Shown: positions 10,810 through 21,201 of the stretch, piece by piece
Layout of the letters: every line of letters begins with the position of its first letter
Position numbering within the stretch: the stretch's first letter is position 1
Assembly (NCBI GenBank): GCA_963766735.1
Contig: CAVYBU010000003.1
Coordinates: forward strand, 288,001 to 352,000
Origin: an uncultured Chloroflexia bacterium
Lineage (GTDB): Bacteria > Chloroflexota > Limnocylindria > Limnocylindrales > CSP1-4
DNA length: 64,000 bases
Direction: 5' to 3'
Program-made: the position numbers and the translations under genes
Notes under the pieces: model-generated
Databases searched by the model: none
Seen by the model: the letters and a program-made list of their open reading frames with translations, nothing else
Told to the model about the DNA's origin: nothing

Positions 10810-11491
10810 ATGACCCACGTGCGAGTCAGCCACACCGCCGCTCCCAGCCCGGAGCGGCCCCGGCGCCAACTGCTCGTCGCGACCCGCTCGCGCCACAAGC
10901 TGCGCGAGCTCCAGGAGCTCCTCTCGCTGGGCGAGGGCTTGGAGCTGGTGTCGCCCGGACGACCTGGGCATCCCGGACGAGCCCGAGGAGACCGGCGAGA
11001 CCTTCGAGACGAATGCCCGGATCAAGGCGCGGTTCTACGCGCTCCGCTCCGGTCTGCCGACGCTCGCCGACGACTCCGGTCTCGAGGTGGATGCGCTGGG
11101 GGGCGGCCCGGGCGTGCGGACGCGGCGGTACTCAGGACCCGATGCCACTGACGCCTCCAACAACGAGCTGCTCCTGCGCGAGCTGGGCTCGTTGCCGGCC
11201 GAGCGGCGTGGCGCGCGCTACGTGTGCGTGCTTGCCCTCGCGCTCCCCGGGCAGGCGGGACCACGCGGCGGGCTCGAGATCCTCGTGCGGCGGGGCACGT
11301 GCCGGGGCCGGATCGCCACGCAGCTGCGTGGGGACGGCGGTTTCGGATATGACCCGCTATTCGAGCCCTGGTCGGAGCCGCCCGGCGGCCAGACCCTGGG
11401 CCAGTGGTCCGCGGAGGCGAAGAACGCGATCTCGCACCGGTCCCGCGCCGCCGCGCGGATGGCGCCTGTCCTGCGCTCGCTGGGGTTCTAG
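10810..11491 (+). CDS. rdgB: RdgB/HAM1 non-canonical purine NTP pyrophosphatase, with a frameshift near 10955 (error or pseudogene)
   Basis: LLVATRSRHKLRE in one frame; EETGETFETNARIKA, ADDSGLEVDALGGGPGV, GFGYDPLF, KNAISHR in another. Lies downstream of rph. Confidence 0.88.
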
Positions 11492-11521
11492 CGTCCGCCG
11501 GGGTTGCCCGCCTCCGGCGCC

Positions 11522-12013
11522 TCAGGCGGAGGCGCCCTCGAACTCCTTCTCGTCGGCCGGCTCCGAGGTGATCTCCCAGCCGCCGAACATCGCCGTGCCC
11601 TCGAGGCGAAGCGCGGGCGCATCGGCCGGGCGCTCGACCTTCGAGCGGCCATCGCCAACGCCGCCGATTCCCGTGACCTTCGTCTGCACGTCCCACGTCT
11701 CGGGCACGACGAGGTTGCCGCCGCCGAACAGCGCGTTGACCCGGAGCGTGGCGCCGTCCGGATCCAGGGTCGCGCCCCGCAGGTCAAGCGTCCCGCCCCC
11801 GAACCACGTCGTGACGGAGCCGCCCCGGAAGGCACTGGCCTCGCTGCTGAACTCCAGCGGCCCAAACGCGGCGACCAGGTCCACCTCGTCGGCCGCCGGA
11901 TCCTGGGGCACGCTCTCGCGCCGTTTGACGGCCGCGAACACCATCGCCGCCGCCATGAATGCGAACCAGCCCAGCAGAAACACGCTGATCGCCTTGAAGA
12001 TCATCTTGACCAT
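11522..12013 (-). CDS. LiaF/DUF1707-like membrane-anchored protein
   Basis: N-terminal TM; FGGGTLDLRGATL, ALFGGGNLVVPETWDV, MFGGWEI. Confidence 0.7.
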   Translation of the reverse strand: MVKMIFKAISVFLLGWFAFMAAAMVFAAVKRRESVPQDPAADEVDLVAAFGPLEFSSEASAFRGGSVTTWFGGGTLDLRGATLDPDGATLRVNALFGGGNLVVPETWDVQTKVTGIGGVGDGRSKVERPADAPALRLEGTAMFGGWEITSEPADEKEFEGASA

Positions 12014-12217
12014 GACCGTCCCCTGTGCTCCGCGGATCTCCTTCCGCGCCTGCAGGAAGGATGCGCCTGTTTGCCCTCGATGGCCAGCACCGAGCGCCCG
12101 AACCAGGCCCGGATACGCCCGATGGCACGACTCAGCGGCCGCCGACCGCGTATGAACCTCGTCGAAGCCGTTGCGCCAGCGTGCAAGGAACATGAGCGTG
12201 GTATCCTTCAACACACC

Positions 12218-13123
12218 ATGTACACCATCAAAGAAGCGGCGGCACGGACCGGTGTCGGCGCACCCCTCATCCGAGCGTGGGAGCGGCGCTACGGCGTGGT
12301 CGAGCCCACCCGGACGGCCTCGGGCTACCGACTCTACGACGACAAGACGCTCAACATTCTCGTGGCGATGCGATCGATGGTCGAGGCCGGCTGGACAGCC
12401 TCGGAGGCCGCACGCGCGATCAAGGCCGGCGAGGTGGCGATCGAGGAGGCAACCGCAGTCCACGAGGCAGGCGGACCCGCCCGGGCGGAGTCCTCGCACC
12501 GCGCCCGCCTGATTGCAGACTTCGTCGCCGCCGCCCAATCGGCGTCGTCGACGGCGACAGAGGCCGCCCTCGACGAGATGCTCGTGTCGAGGTCGTTCGA
12601 GGCCGTGGCTGACGACCTCCTGCTTCCCGCGGCGGCCGCGCTCGGCGATGCCTGGGCGGCAGGTCGCATGAGCGTCGCCGCGGAGCACGCCGCGAGCGCC
12701 GCCGTCGCCCGACGCCTGTCGGCTGTCTTCCAGGCGGCCGGAGTCCCGTCCGGACCTGCTGTCGTCGTCGGCCTGCCGTCCGGATCGCGCCATGAGCTGG
12801 GGGCGTTCGCCTTCGCGGCCGTGCTTCGCCGGCGTGGTCTCAAGGTTCTCTACCTGGGGTCGGACGTGACCGTCGATGGCTGGGTCGATGCTGTCACGCG
12901 CACGCGTGCTCGCGCCGCCGTGATCGGTGTCGTCACCCCGGACGATCGCCCGGCCGCAGCCGCGGTCGTGGACGCTCTCCACGCGGCGGGGGTCGCCCTC
13001 ATCGCAGTGGGAGGGGACGCCGCCGCGCCGGACCCGGCGCCGGGGCATGGAGTCCTGGTGCTGCCGCCGCGCATCGTGGAGGCGGCCGAGGTCCTGGCAA
13101 GGGCGCTCGGTCGTCGCGGCTGA
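12218..13123 (+). CDS. MerR-family cobalamin-binding regulator (CarH/LitR-like photoreceptor repressor)
   Basis: MerR HTH (YTIKEAA...IRAWERRYG...RTASGYRLY), W-x9-EH (WAAGRMSVAAEH), HELG and YLG B12-binding motifs. Confidence 0.85.
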   Translation: MYTIKEAAARTGVGAPLIRAWERRYGVVEPTRTASGYRLYDDKTLNILVAMRSMVEAGWTASEAARAIKAGEVAIEEATAVHEAGGPARAESSHRARLIADFVAAAQSASSTATEAALDEMLVSRSFEAVADDLLLPAAAALGDAWAAGRMSVAAEHAASAAVARRLSAVFQAAGVPSGPAVVVGLPSGSRHELGAFAFAAVLRRRGLKVLYLGSDVTVDGWVDAVTRTRARAAVIGVVTPDDRPAAAAVVDALHAAGVALIAVGGDAAAPDPAPGHGVLVLPPRIVEAAEVLARALGRRG

Positions 13124-13189
13124 CCCGCCGAGGATCGGAATCGGGACCGGCGGGCCGGATGCCCGCCGCCCGGGATGTCGAAGGTCCGG

Positions 13190-14167
13190 TCAGGCTGCGG
13201 GCGCCGGGTCGGCCTCCCCCGACAGTTCAACCACCTGGTCCCACAGCCGGCGCCGATCGCTGGCCGACAACCGCGTCGCCGGTAGCCGATCGAACGGCCG
13301 TGGCCGGCGATCGAGGAACAGCCCGCCGCTGGTGGATGCCGGGTTCGCCTGCGTGGCGAGCCACACGATCGTGTCCACGCCCTCCGCGGCTGTCCGCAGC
13401 AGCGGCCGCATCAGCCGGTAGAAGGCGGGGAGTTGATCCGCGAGGCCCGGGGTATCGGCCCAGCCCGGGTGCATCGCGGAGACCGAGATGCCGGCGGAAC
13501 GAAGCCTGCGAGCCCATTCGCGCACCAGCGCAACCTGGGCTCGCTTTGCCCGTGCGTACGCGCGAGGTCCGGAGTAGGGGACGGACCGGATCTGGAGGTC
13601 GTCCAGATCGAGACGCTGGGTGTACATGCCGCCCGACGTGACCGCGATGACCCGTGAGCCCGGCGTCCGGCGCAGGAGCGGCAGCAGCCCGGCGACCATC
13701 GCGAAGGGCCCGACGACGAGCACCGCGAGCGTCGCCTCGATGCCGTCCGGTCCATCGACCCGCTCGGGGTAGATCGCGCCGGCGTTGTCCACCACGATGT
13801 CGAGGCGCTCCTCCGTCTCCAGGACTCGCGCCGCGGCGGCCCGGACGGACGCGAGCGAGCCCATGTCCGCGACCACGACAGGAAACCGGTCCTCGCCGTG
13901 GGTGCGCACGAGCTCGTCGCGCAGACGCCCGAGCTTCTCCTCGCTGCGCCCGACGAGGACGATCCTCGCCCCGAGCGCGGCCAGCTGATCGGTCGTGGCA
14001 CGGCCCAGCCCTGAGGTCGGCCCGGTCACGAGGGCCGTGCGCCCGGTGAGAGCGCCCGCTGGCGGGGCATCCCATCCGAAGAGCCGGCTCCGGACCGATG
14101 GGCCAATTCGCGTGAAGCTCCCGATCCAGGTGATCTCGAGGGTCGTATCGATGAGACGCCTGATCAC
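13190..14167 (-). CDS. SDR-family oxidoreductase (DHRS12/retinol dehydrogenase-like)
   Basis: TGPTSGLG, DNAG, TSGGMY, YARAK, MHPGWADTPG. GTGA overlap with the heliorhodopsin stop. Confidence 0.85.
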   Translation of the reverse strand: MIRRLIDTTLEITWIGSFTRIGPSVRSRLFGWDAPPAGALTGRTALVTGPTSGLGRATTDQLAALGARIVLVGRSEEKLGRLRDELVRTHGEDRFPVVVADMGSLASVRAAAARVLETEERLDIVVDNAGAIYPERVDGPDGIEATLAVLVVGPFAMVAGLLPLLRRTPGSRVIAVTSGGMYTQRLDLDDLQIRSVPYSGPRAYARAKRAQVALVREWARRLRSAGISVSAMHPGWADTPGLADQLPAFYRLMRPLLRTAAEGVDTIVWLATQANPASTSGGLFLDRRPRPFDRLPATRLSASDRRRLWDQVVELSGEADPAPAA

Positions 14168-14961
14168 GGGGCCAGCGTCCCGGCGAAGACCTGCCAGGCG
14201 AGGATCGTCTTCGCGAACAGGCTCAGCAGCATGTACACGCGCTCGCCGTACAGGTAGTCGGCCCAGCGGCCGGTCTTCCGGTACTGGAGGATCATGTTGA
14301 AGGCGAAGACGTTGAAGGTGATGAACAGCGACACGAAGATCGCGATCACAAAGCCGGGGATCGGGGCGGCGCCGGGCTCGGTGGCGGCGGTCCAGAGCGC
14401 GATGGTGATCACGATCCAGGGCACGATGCCCGCGATGCAGCCAAAGATGTAGTGAGACCACTGCGTCTTGGTGCGGCCCTCGTTCGCGAGCTCCATGCTC
14501 CAGCCGAACAGGTTCATCGCAGCGTTGATGCCGAAGATCGCGATCAGCGCCCCGAGCTCCTGGATCCCCGACAACGTGGCGATGACAACGATCATCACGC
14601 TCGAGGAGAGCCCGTACTCGATCCAGCGGGCGGGGTTCATGCCGCGGGCCAGGCTGCGCTCGTACCAGCTGCGCGCGGGGAAGGCCACGGCGAAGTGGGC
14701 GATTGCGCTGAGGAAGAAGAACAGGGCGACGGCCGGCCCGATCGGGAGCTCGAACATCGCTCTCTGGGCGGGGACCAGCGTGTTCGTCGCGGTGTCGAAG
14801 CTCAGGAAGCTGCTCACGACGGGCGCCGTCACCACCGGGTCCTTGGCGAACGAGAGCGCGAGGATGATCACACCCTGGAGAGCGTGGAGTCCCGCCAGCG
14901 ACAGGTTCCAGCGGTGCAGGCTGCGCGCCTGCGGCTCCGCGATGGTGCCGGTGGATTGCAT
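14164..14961 (-). CDS. Heliorhodopsin
   Basis: 7 TM helices; LHRWN..AGLHALQ, AHF, NPARWIEYGLSSSVM, GERVYMLLSLFAKTILAWQVF with the retinal lysine in SxxAK. Confidence 0.93.
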   Translation of the reverse strand: MQSTGTIAEPQARSLHRWNLSLAGLHALQGVIILALSFAKDPVVTAPVVSSFLSFDTATNTLVPAQRAMFELPIGPAVALFFFLSAIAHFAVAFPARSWYERSLARGMNPARWIEYGLSSSVMIVVIATLSGIQELGALIAIFGINAAMNLFGWSMELANEGRTKTQWSHYIFGCIAGIVPWIVITIALWTAATEPGAAPIPGFVIAIFVSLFITFNVFAFNMILQYRKTGRWADYLYGERVYMLLSLFAKTILAWQVFAGTLAP

Positions 14962-15045
14962 CGTGTGTGTTCCTCTCAGGCTGATCGATCGCTCCCTCAC
15001 GCCCTTGACGTAGCGATCGGGCGTGGGGTACCTTGCAACTGACAT

Positions 15046-15063
15046 TGTACAAAGGCTCTACAA
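15046..15063. promoter_or_regulatory. Putative CarH-type operator: TnnACA direct repeats at 11-bp spacing in a divergent promoter region
   Basis: TGTACAA at 15046 and TCTACAA at 15057. A similar pair, TCAACA/TGTACA, lies at 12208/12219 over the regulator's own start. Confidence 0.5.
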
Positions 15064-15066
15064 GGA

Positions 15067-15522
15067 ATGCAAGCCATGGCAGTTCTCAGGGAACAGATCA
15101 GCACCACGCTCCCCCTCGACGAGTCGTTCGCCTTCATCGCGGACTTCGCCAACGCCGAGAAGTGGGACCCGGGTGTCGCGACATCGGAGCGGGTGAACCC
15201 CGGCCCGGTTGAGGTCGGCGCCCGCTACCGTCTGGGGATTCGCATGCGCGGCAAGGTCTCGCCCATGGATTACGAGATCACGACCTACGAGCCGCTGCGC
15301 CGCGTCGTCCTCACGGGAACGGGGTCCGGCGTGGATGCCATCGACGACATCCGGTTCGAAGCCACCGAGACAGGGACGCGGATCGACTACATTGCCGACA
15401 TCCGGCTCACGGGGCTGATGCGCCTCGCCGCCCCGTTCGCCGGCGGGGCATTGACGCGGTTGGTTCGCGCCGGGCGGGACGGCATGCAGCGCACGCTCGA
15501 CCAGCTCGCGGCCACAGCCTGA
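15067..15522 (+). CDS. SRPBCC/polyketide cyclase-like protein
   Basis: [36 protein letters not shown]. Confidence 0.8.
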   Translation: MQAMAVLREQISTTLPLDESFAFIADFANAEKWDPGVATSERVNPGPVEVGARYRLGIRMRGKVSPMDYEITTYEPLRRVVLTGTGSGVDAIDDIRFEATETGTRIDYIADIRLTGLMRLAAPFAGGALTRLVRAGRDGMQRTLDQLAATA

Positions 15523-15530
15523 GGAAGATC

Positions 15531-16847
15531 ATGAAGATCGCGATCGTCGGGTCGGGGGTCAGCGGACTCACGGCGGCCTGGGCGCTGAACCGAGACGGCC
15601 ACCGGGTCACCCTGTTCGAGCAGGACAGCGTGCCCGGGGGGCACGTGGCCACGGTGACCGTGGACGCCGCCGACGGCCCTGTGAACGTGGACACGGGCTT
15701 CATCGTCTACAACGAACGCACCTATCCTCGCTTCCTGGGGCTGCTGGCCGAGCTGGGCGTCGAGACGCAGCCCAGCGACATGTCGTTCGCCTCGGCGTGC
15801 GACGCCTGCGGCATCGCCTACAGCTCGCGCGGCCTCCGGGGCTTCTTCCCCGACCTGGCCACGCTCGCCCGGCCCTCGCAATGGCGGATGCTGAACGACA
15901 TCCGGCGCTTCTACGGGCACGCGCGCCAGATGCTCGACGCCCCCGGGCGAAGTCAGGCCACCCTCGGCGAGTGGCTGGACGAGCACCGGTACGGGCGCGG
16001 CTTCCGAGAGCACTTCATCGTGCCGATCACATCCGCGGTGTGGTCCACGGCGGCCGAGCGCGTGCTCGACTTTCCGGTGGACTACCTGCTGCACTTCCTC
16101 GACAACCACGGCCTGATCGGCTATGGCAACGCCCCCCAGTGGCGGGTGGTCACGGGCGGGTCGAAGGCATACGTGGAACGGCTCATCGCGACCCTGCCGA
16201 CGGGCGCCGTTCGAACCGGCAGCCCGGTCACCGAGGTGGTCCGCGACGCATCCGGGGTCTCGATCCGCACGCCGGGGAGGGACCCGGAGCGGTTCGACGC
16301 CGTCGTGATGGCCACGCACGCGGACGACGCGCTACGGCTCCTGGGCGACGCGGACGAGGTCGAGCGCGAGGTCCTCGGCAGCTTCGAGTACTCGCGCAAC
16401 CAGGTCGTCCTGCACACGGACCGCCGCCTGCTGCCGGCCAACCCCCGCGCGTGGGGGTCCTGGAACGTGCACACGCCAGACTGCCGGATGCCGGGCGACG
16501 CCCTGACGATGACGTACGACATGAACCGCCTGCAATCCATCCCGGGACCGGTCGAGTACCTCGTGTCGCTCAACCCCGGCGACAAGGTCGCCGACGAGCG
16601 CACCATCCTGGCGCGCACCTTCAGCCACCCGATGTACACGTTCCGGACCGTCGAGGCGCAGGGTGGCGTCGGCGACCTGCAGGGCCGCCGCCGGACGTGG
16701 TTCGCCGGCGCCCACCTGGGCTACGGCTTCCACGAGGATGGCTGCAGGTCCGGGTTCGAGGCCGCGGAGGCGATCGGGCGGTCCGCAGGGGCGATCGGCC
16801 AGCCCGAGCAGCAAGCCGGGCGCTCCATGGCGGAGCTCGCGTTGTGA
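15531..16847 (+). CDS. FAD-dependent oxidoreductase (UfaD/RSP_1091-like)
   Basis: [46 protein letters not shown]. Confidence 0.88.
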   Translation: MKIAIVGSGVSGLTAAWALNRDGHRVTLFEQDSVPGGHVATVTVDAADGPVNVDTGFIVYNERTYPRFLGLLAELGVETQPSDMSFASACDACGIAYSSRGLRGFFPDLATLARPSQWRMLNDIRRFYGHARQMLDAPGRSQATLGEWLDEHRYGRGFREHFIVPITSAVWSTAAERVLDFPVDYLLHFLDNHGLIGYGNAPQWRVVTGGSKAYVERLIATLPTGAVRTGSPVTEVVRDASGVSIRTPGRDPERFDAVVMATHADDALRLLGDADEVEREVLGSFEYSRNQVVLHTDRRLLPANPRAWGSWNVHTPDCRMPGDALTMTYDMNRLQSIPGPVEYLVSLNPGDKVADERTILARTFSHPMYTFRTVEAQGGVGDLQGRRRTWFAGAHLGYGFHEDGCRSGFEAAEAIGRSAGAIGQPEQQAGRSMAELAL

Positions 16848-17614
16848 GGTCGCACCTGCTCGAGGGCAAGGTCCGCCACCGCCGGTCGCGCCCGTTCACA
16901 TATGGGATCGAGCACGATGTCTGGTACGCGGCGCTGGACCTCGCCGAGCTGGACGACGTGGACCGGGGACTGCGCCTGTTCGGGCGCAACCGCCGCGCGG
17001 TCACCGCGTTCCGCGACGCCGACCACCTGCCCGTCCCCGCCACCGACATCGCCGCGGATGTCCGGGCGCACCTCAGGGCCGAGGGCGAGGATCCGACGGG
17101 CTGGCGGATCATGCTGGTGACCAACCTGCGCGTGCTTGGGTACGTGTTCAACCCGGCCAGCTTCTTCCTCTGCCGGGACGGGGCCGGCATCCTGCGGGTC
17201 GTGGTGGTCGAGGTCCACAACACGTTCGGCGAGCGGCACCAGTACACGCTGCGTCCCGGCGACGGTGAGGTTGCGCCGGGCGGCCCGTTCACCGCCGGCA
17301 TGGACAAGGACTTCTTCGTGTCCCCGTTCATCACCATCGACGGCCGGTATTCGGTGCACGTCAGGGACGAGCCGCAAGCGCTCCGCCTGGCGATCAACCT
17401 CCGCCAGGACGGCGAGCCGCTGCTGAGCACCAGCCTGGTCATGCGCCGCCGCCGGCTGACGGATCGGAACCTGCTCCGGATGATGCTCCGGCACCCGCTC
17501 GTGACCCAGAAGACAATCGCGCTGATCCACTACCACGCCCTGCGGCTGTGGATCCGTGGCGCCCCGTTCTTCCGCCACGGGGAGGTCATGCGCGCACGGG
17601 AGTCGACGCGGTGA
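16844..17614 (+). CDS. DUF1365 protein (UfaO/RSP_1090-like)
   Basis: [47 protein letters not shown]. Confidence 0.88.
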   Translation: MRSHLLEGKVRHRRSRPFTYGIEHDVWYAALDLAELDDVDRGLRLFGRNRRAVTAFRDADHLPVPATDIAADVRAHLRAEGEDPTGWRIMLVTNLRVLGYVFNPASFFLCRDGAGILRVVVVEVHNTFGERHQYTLRPGDGEVAPGGPFTAGMDKDFFVSPFITIDGRYSVHVRDEPQALRLAINLRQDGEPLLSTSLVMRRRRLTDRNLLRMMLRHPLVTQKTIALIHYHALRLWIRGAPFFRHGEVMRARESTR

Positions 17615-18852
17615 GCGGCGGGATCCCTGCAGGTCGGACCAGCCTCCATCCGGGACGGATCATCGACGAGGCGGCACGTCGGGTCATGCTCGGCGCGGCC
17701 CGGCGGATCCGGGTGGGCCGCCTGGCGGTCGTGCTGCCGGACGGCTCCCGCCGCGTCTACGGGGACCGGACATCGCCCGATGCCGCCGAGATCCACGTCC
17801 ACGACACTTCAGCCGCGGCGCGGATGCTTCTGGGCGGCGACATCGGGGCCGGCGAGGCGTACATGGACGGGCTGTGGTCCAGTCCGGACCTGCCGGCGCT
17901 GCTCCGCCTGGCTGCGCTCAACCGGGAGGGCCTGGCGCTGCCGACGGGCTGGTGGCGCCTCCCGCTCAGGCTCCAGAAGACGCTCGCGCACCGGGCGCGG
18001 CGCAACACCCTCGACGGGAGCCGCCGCAACATCGAGGCCCACTACGACCTGGGCAACGACTTCTACCGCCTGTTCCTCGACGAGACCATGGCGTACTCCA
18101 GCGCTGTCTTTGCGTCGCCGGACCAGTCCCTCGCCGACGCCCAGCGCAACAAGTTCAGGGTCATGGCGGAGCGGGCCGGCCTCCGCGGCGGGGAGCACGT
18201 CCTTGAGATCGGCACCGGCTGGGGCGGCTTCGCCCTGTATGCCGCGGGCGAGCTGGGCTGCCGGGTCACGACGATCACGATCTCCCCGGCCCAGCACCAG
18301 CTGGCGACCGAACGGATCGCGGAGGCCGGGCTTGCCGATCGCGTCAGCGTGGAGCTGCGTGACTATCGCGACATCGACGGCACCTACGACGCGATCGTCT
18401 CCATCGAGATGCTGGAGGCCGTCGGCGCCGAGTACTACCCGACGTTCTTCGATGCCTGCGACCGTGCCCTGGTGCCGGGGGGCCGGCTGAGCCTCCAGGT
18501 GATCACGTTCCCGGACGTTGCCTATGAGCCCCAGCGGCGGAGCGCAAACTGGATCCAGACCTACATCTTCCCGGGCGGGCTCCTGCCGTCGCTGGCGGTC
18601 ATCGAGCGCTCGCTCCACGGGACGCGCCTGCTGATCCGGGACGTGGAGGACGTCGCGTCGAGCTACGTCCTCACGCTGCAGGCCTGGCGAGCCGCCTTCC
18701 TCGGGCAGCGGGACGCGGTCCGGGCAATGGGGTTCGACGAGCGCTTCATCCGGATGTGGGACTTCTACCTCGCGATCAGCGAAGCCGGCTTTGCGACCGG
18801 CGTGACCCAGGATCTCCAGATCGTGCTCCAGAAGGGCCGCGGGCTCGGCTGA
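17611..18852 (+). CDS. cfa: Cyclopropane-fatty-acyl-phospholipid synthase family SAM methyltransferase
   Basis: GEAYMDG, NIEAHYDLGNDFY, VLEIGTGWGG, SIEMLEAVG, YIFPGG. Confidence 0.9.
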   Translation: MSGGIPAGRTSLHPGRIIDEAARRVMLGAARRIRVGRLAVVLPDGSRRVYGDRTSPDAAEIHVHDTSAAARMLLGGDIGAGEAYMDGLWSSPDLPALLRLAALNREGLALPTGWWRLPLRLQKTLAHRARRNTLDGSRRNIEAHYDLGNDFYRLFLDETMAYSSAVFASPDQSLADAQRNKFRVMAERAGLRGGEHVLEIGTGWGGFALYAAGELGCRVTTITISPAQHQLATERIAEAGLADRVSVELRDYRDIDGTYDAIVSIEMLEAVGAEYYPTFFDACDRALVPGGRLSLQVITFPDVAYEPQRRSANWIQTYIFPGGLLPSLAVIERSLHGTRLLIRDVEDVASSYVLTLQAWRAAFLGQRDAVRAMGFDERFIRMWDFYLAISEAGFATGVTQDLQIVLQKGRGLG

Positions 18853-19075
18853 GCCGTCGACGGCCTCGCCTGCGGGGTCGATCCGGGCACACGCCGCGAC
18901 GCCCGGATTCGCCCGATCCCGTTCCGTCCAGTAGTCTTGCGCCTCCTCGTGCTCGATGGGCGCTCCGGTCAGCGCCCCGGTCCATACGGCCGTCCGACCC
19001 CGAACCACCTATCACCAGCGCCCTGACCGGGCCCCGCAGAACGTGCGGGAAGGGCCCTCAGGAGCGTTACTCCCC

Positions 19076-20833
19076 ATGTCCTTCGATGCCCTCGGGCTTG
19101 CGCCCGAGCTCCTCCGTGCCGTGTCCGATGAGGGCTACACGGAGCCCACCCCCGTCCAGCGCGAGGCGATCCCCCTCGTCCTCGCCCGCCGCGACATCCT
19201 CGCCGGCGCGCAGACGGGCACCGGCAAGACCGCCGCCTTCGTCCTGCCGATCATCCAGATCCTCCACGAGACCCGCGTCGCGCCGCCGGCCGGCGCCCCC
19301 GCCCCGGCCTCGCCCGCCCTCAACCAGCGCGGCCGCTTCCACCCGTCGCAGCAGGCGTCGCGGTCCACGCCGGCCACCTCGCGGCCGCCGATCCGCGTCC
19401 TCGTCGTGGTCCCGACCCGCGAGCTGTGCATCCAGGTCGAGGAGAGCGTGCGGACCTACGGCGCCCGTCGCCCGATCAAGTCCACGACCGTCTACGGCGG
19501 CGTCGGCTTCGAGCCCCAGGCGGCCAAGCTCCGCGGCGGGCCCGAGATCGTGGTGGCCACGCCCGGCCGCCTCCTGGACCATGTCAGCCAGCGGACCATC
19601 GACCTGTCGCGGGTCGAGATCCTCGTCCTGGACGAGGCGGACCGCCTGCTGGACATGGGCTTCATCCGCGACATCCGCAAGATCATCGCCCTGCTCCCGC
19701 CCAAGCGGCAGAGCCTGCTGTTCAGCGCGACGTTCTCCGATGACGTCCGCCAGCTGGCGGACACCATCCTCCACGACCCGGCGCGCGTCCAGGTCACGCC
19801 GCGGAACACCACCGCGGAGCTGATCGACCAGCTCGTGATCCCCGTGGACCGCGAGCGCAAGCGCGACCTGCTGCGCGAGCTCGTCGCCCTCGGCCGCATC
19901 GACCAGGCGCTCGTCTTCACCCGCACCAAGCACGGCGCGAACCGCCTGGCGGAGCAGCTGGGCAAGGACGGGATCAGCGCGTCCGCGATCCACGGCAACA
20001 AGAGCCAGTCCCAGCGCGTGAAGGCCCTCACCGACTTCAAGGAGGGCCGCGTCGCGATCCTCGTTGCGACCGATGTCGCGGCCCGCGGCCTGGACATCGA
20101 GCAGCTGCCGCACGTCATCAACTACGAGCTGCCCATGGTTCCCGAGGACTACATCCACCGAATCGGTCGGACCGGGCGTGCGGGCACGGACGGCCAGGCG
20201 ATCTCGCTCGTGTGCGTCGACGAGACGCCGCTCCTCCGGGACATCCAGTCGCTGCTGCGTCGCACGATCCCGTCCGAGGTGATCGCGGGCTTCGAGCCGG
20301 ACCGCTCCGTACGCGCCGAGCCGATCCGCCTCCGGTCCACGCCCGCAGAGCGGGCCATGCACGCGGCGGCGCGCGGCGGTGGTCGCGGCGGGGTGCGCGT
20401 GGATCGCGGCGGCGCGACGCAGAACCGTGGCGGGTTTGGCTCTCGCGGCCCGGCGCGTGGCGTGGGCGCGGGTTCCGGTGGCTCCTTCGAGGCCGCCGGT
20501 ACGCGCGGCTCGGGCAGCTCCTTCGGCAACCAGGGTGGATCGCCCTCGCGCGGCGGCGGCTCCGGTGCGCCTCGCGGCCGGCGCCGGCCCGACGCGCGCG
20601 GCAACGGTGCATCGACCCCCGGCAGCAGCATCGGCCGCGTGGTCCCGGGCACGGGCTCCCTGCTTCGGGGGGACGCACGACACGGGTTCGCAGGCGGCCA
20701 CGGCGGCCACAACGGTGCGGGCGGCGGTCACGCGGGCGGCGGCCACAACGCCGCGGGCGGCGGCCACACATCCTCCGGCCAGGCTCGCGCCCTCCCGGGC
20801 GAGCGCCTGCGCAGGCTCGAACCGCGAGGCTGA
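19076..20833 (+). CDS. DEAD-box RNA helicase (RhlE-like) with Gly/Arg-rich tail
   Basis: [42 protein letters not shown]. Confidence 0.95.
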   Translation: MSFDALGLAPELLRAVSDEGYTEPTPVQREAIPLVLARRDILAGAQTGTGKTAAFVLPIIQILHETRVAPPAGAPAPASPALNQRGRFHPSQQASRSTPATSRPPIRVLVVVPTRELCIQVEESVRTYGARRPIKSTTVYGGVGFEPQAAKLRGGPEIVVATPGRLLDHVSQRTIDLSRVEILVLDEADRLLDMGFIRDIRKIIALLPPKRQSLLFSATFSDDVRQLADTILHDPARVQVTPRNTTAELIDQLVIPVDRERKRDLLRELVALGRIDQALVFTRTKHGANRLAEQLGKDGISASAIHGNKSQSQRVKALTDFKEGRVAILVATDVAARGLDIEQLPHVINYELPMVPEDYIHRIGRTGRAGTDGQAISLVCVDETPLLRDIQSLLRRTIPSEVIAGFEPDRSVRAEPIRLRSTPAERAMHAAARGGGRGGVRVDRGGATQNRGGFGSRGPARGVGAGSGGSFEAAGTRGSGSSFGNQGGSPSRGGGSGAPRGRRRPDARGNGASTPGSSIGRVVPGTGSLLRGDARHGFAGGHGGHNGAGGGHAGGGHNAAGGGHTSSGQARALPGERLRRLEPRG

Positions 20834-20876
20834 CCCCGGGCCTCATCGCCCGAGCCAGGGACGCGCGTCGTGGACG

Positions 20877-21048
20877 TGACCGACGTCGCCGCGATCGTTT
20901 ATGCGATCGCAACGACGGGCGTGATCGCGTCCGCGTGGCCTTGGTCCTCAACGCGGCCAGTCGGAGCGCTGGGGAGCGCCGGGTCCGGGTCCCTGTCGGG
21001 CTCGTGCTGCTGGTCAGCAGCCTGGCGGTGGCGCTCACGGCGGGGTGA
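20877..21048 (+). pseudogene. Remnant of a small membrane protein (N- and C-terminal pieces in different frames)
   Basis: VTDVAAIVYAIATTGVIA joined out of frame to LVLNAASRSAGERRVRVPVGLVLLVSSLAVALTAG*. Confidence 0.4.
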
Positions 21049-21135
21049 TCGCCGGGGAGCCGGAGCACCGACCGATTGCCACGCGGCTCGCGTCTGATCT
21101 GCTCGCCCCGTGCCCGGGGACGAGGCGCTTTCCCC

Positions 21136-21161
21136 TGTAACTTCTCCGGCCCCGTCGCGTC
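21136..21161 (+). promoter_or_regulatory. Putative ECF sigma promoter TGTAAC-N16-CGTC
   Basis: Motif lies 40 bp upstream of the lipoprotein start; the same architecture recurs before other genes. Confidence 0.55.
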
Positions 21162-21201
21162 AACGTCTGTGTACGTCGTTGCGCATCCGGAGTGGTCGAT
21201 C

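Noticed and set aside
10940-10970. Programmed frameshift in rdgB
   Set aside because: No slippery sequence, and similar indels occur throughout the window.
14164-14961. Type-1 ion-pumping rhodopsin
   Set aside because: It has the heliorhodopsin RWIEY and SxxAK motifs rather than RYxDW and DxxxK.
13190-15052. 620-aa ORF as a rhodopsin-SDR fusion
   Set aside because: Heliorhodopsin is in a different frame with its own stop, and the upstream part of the long ORF is off-frame sequence.
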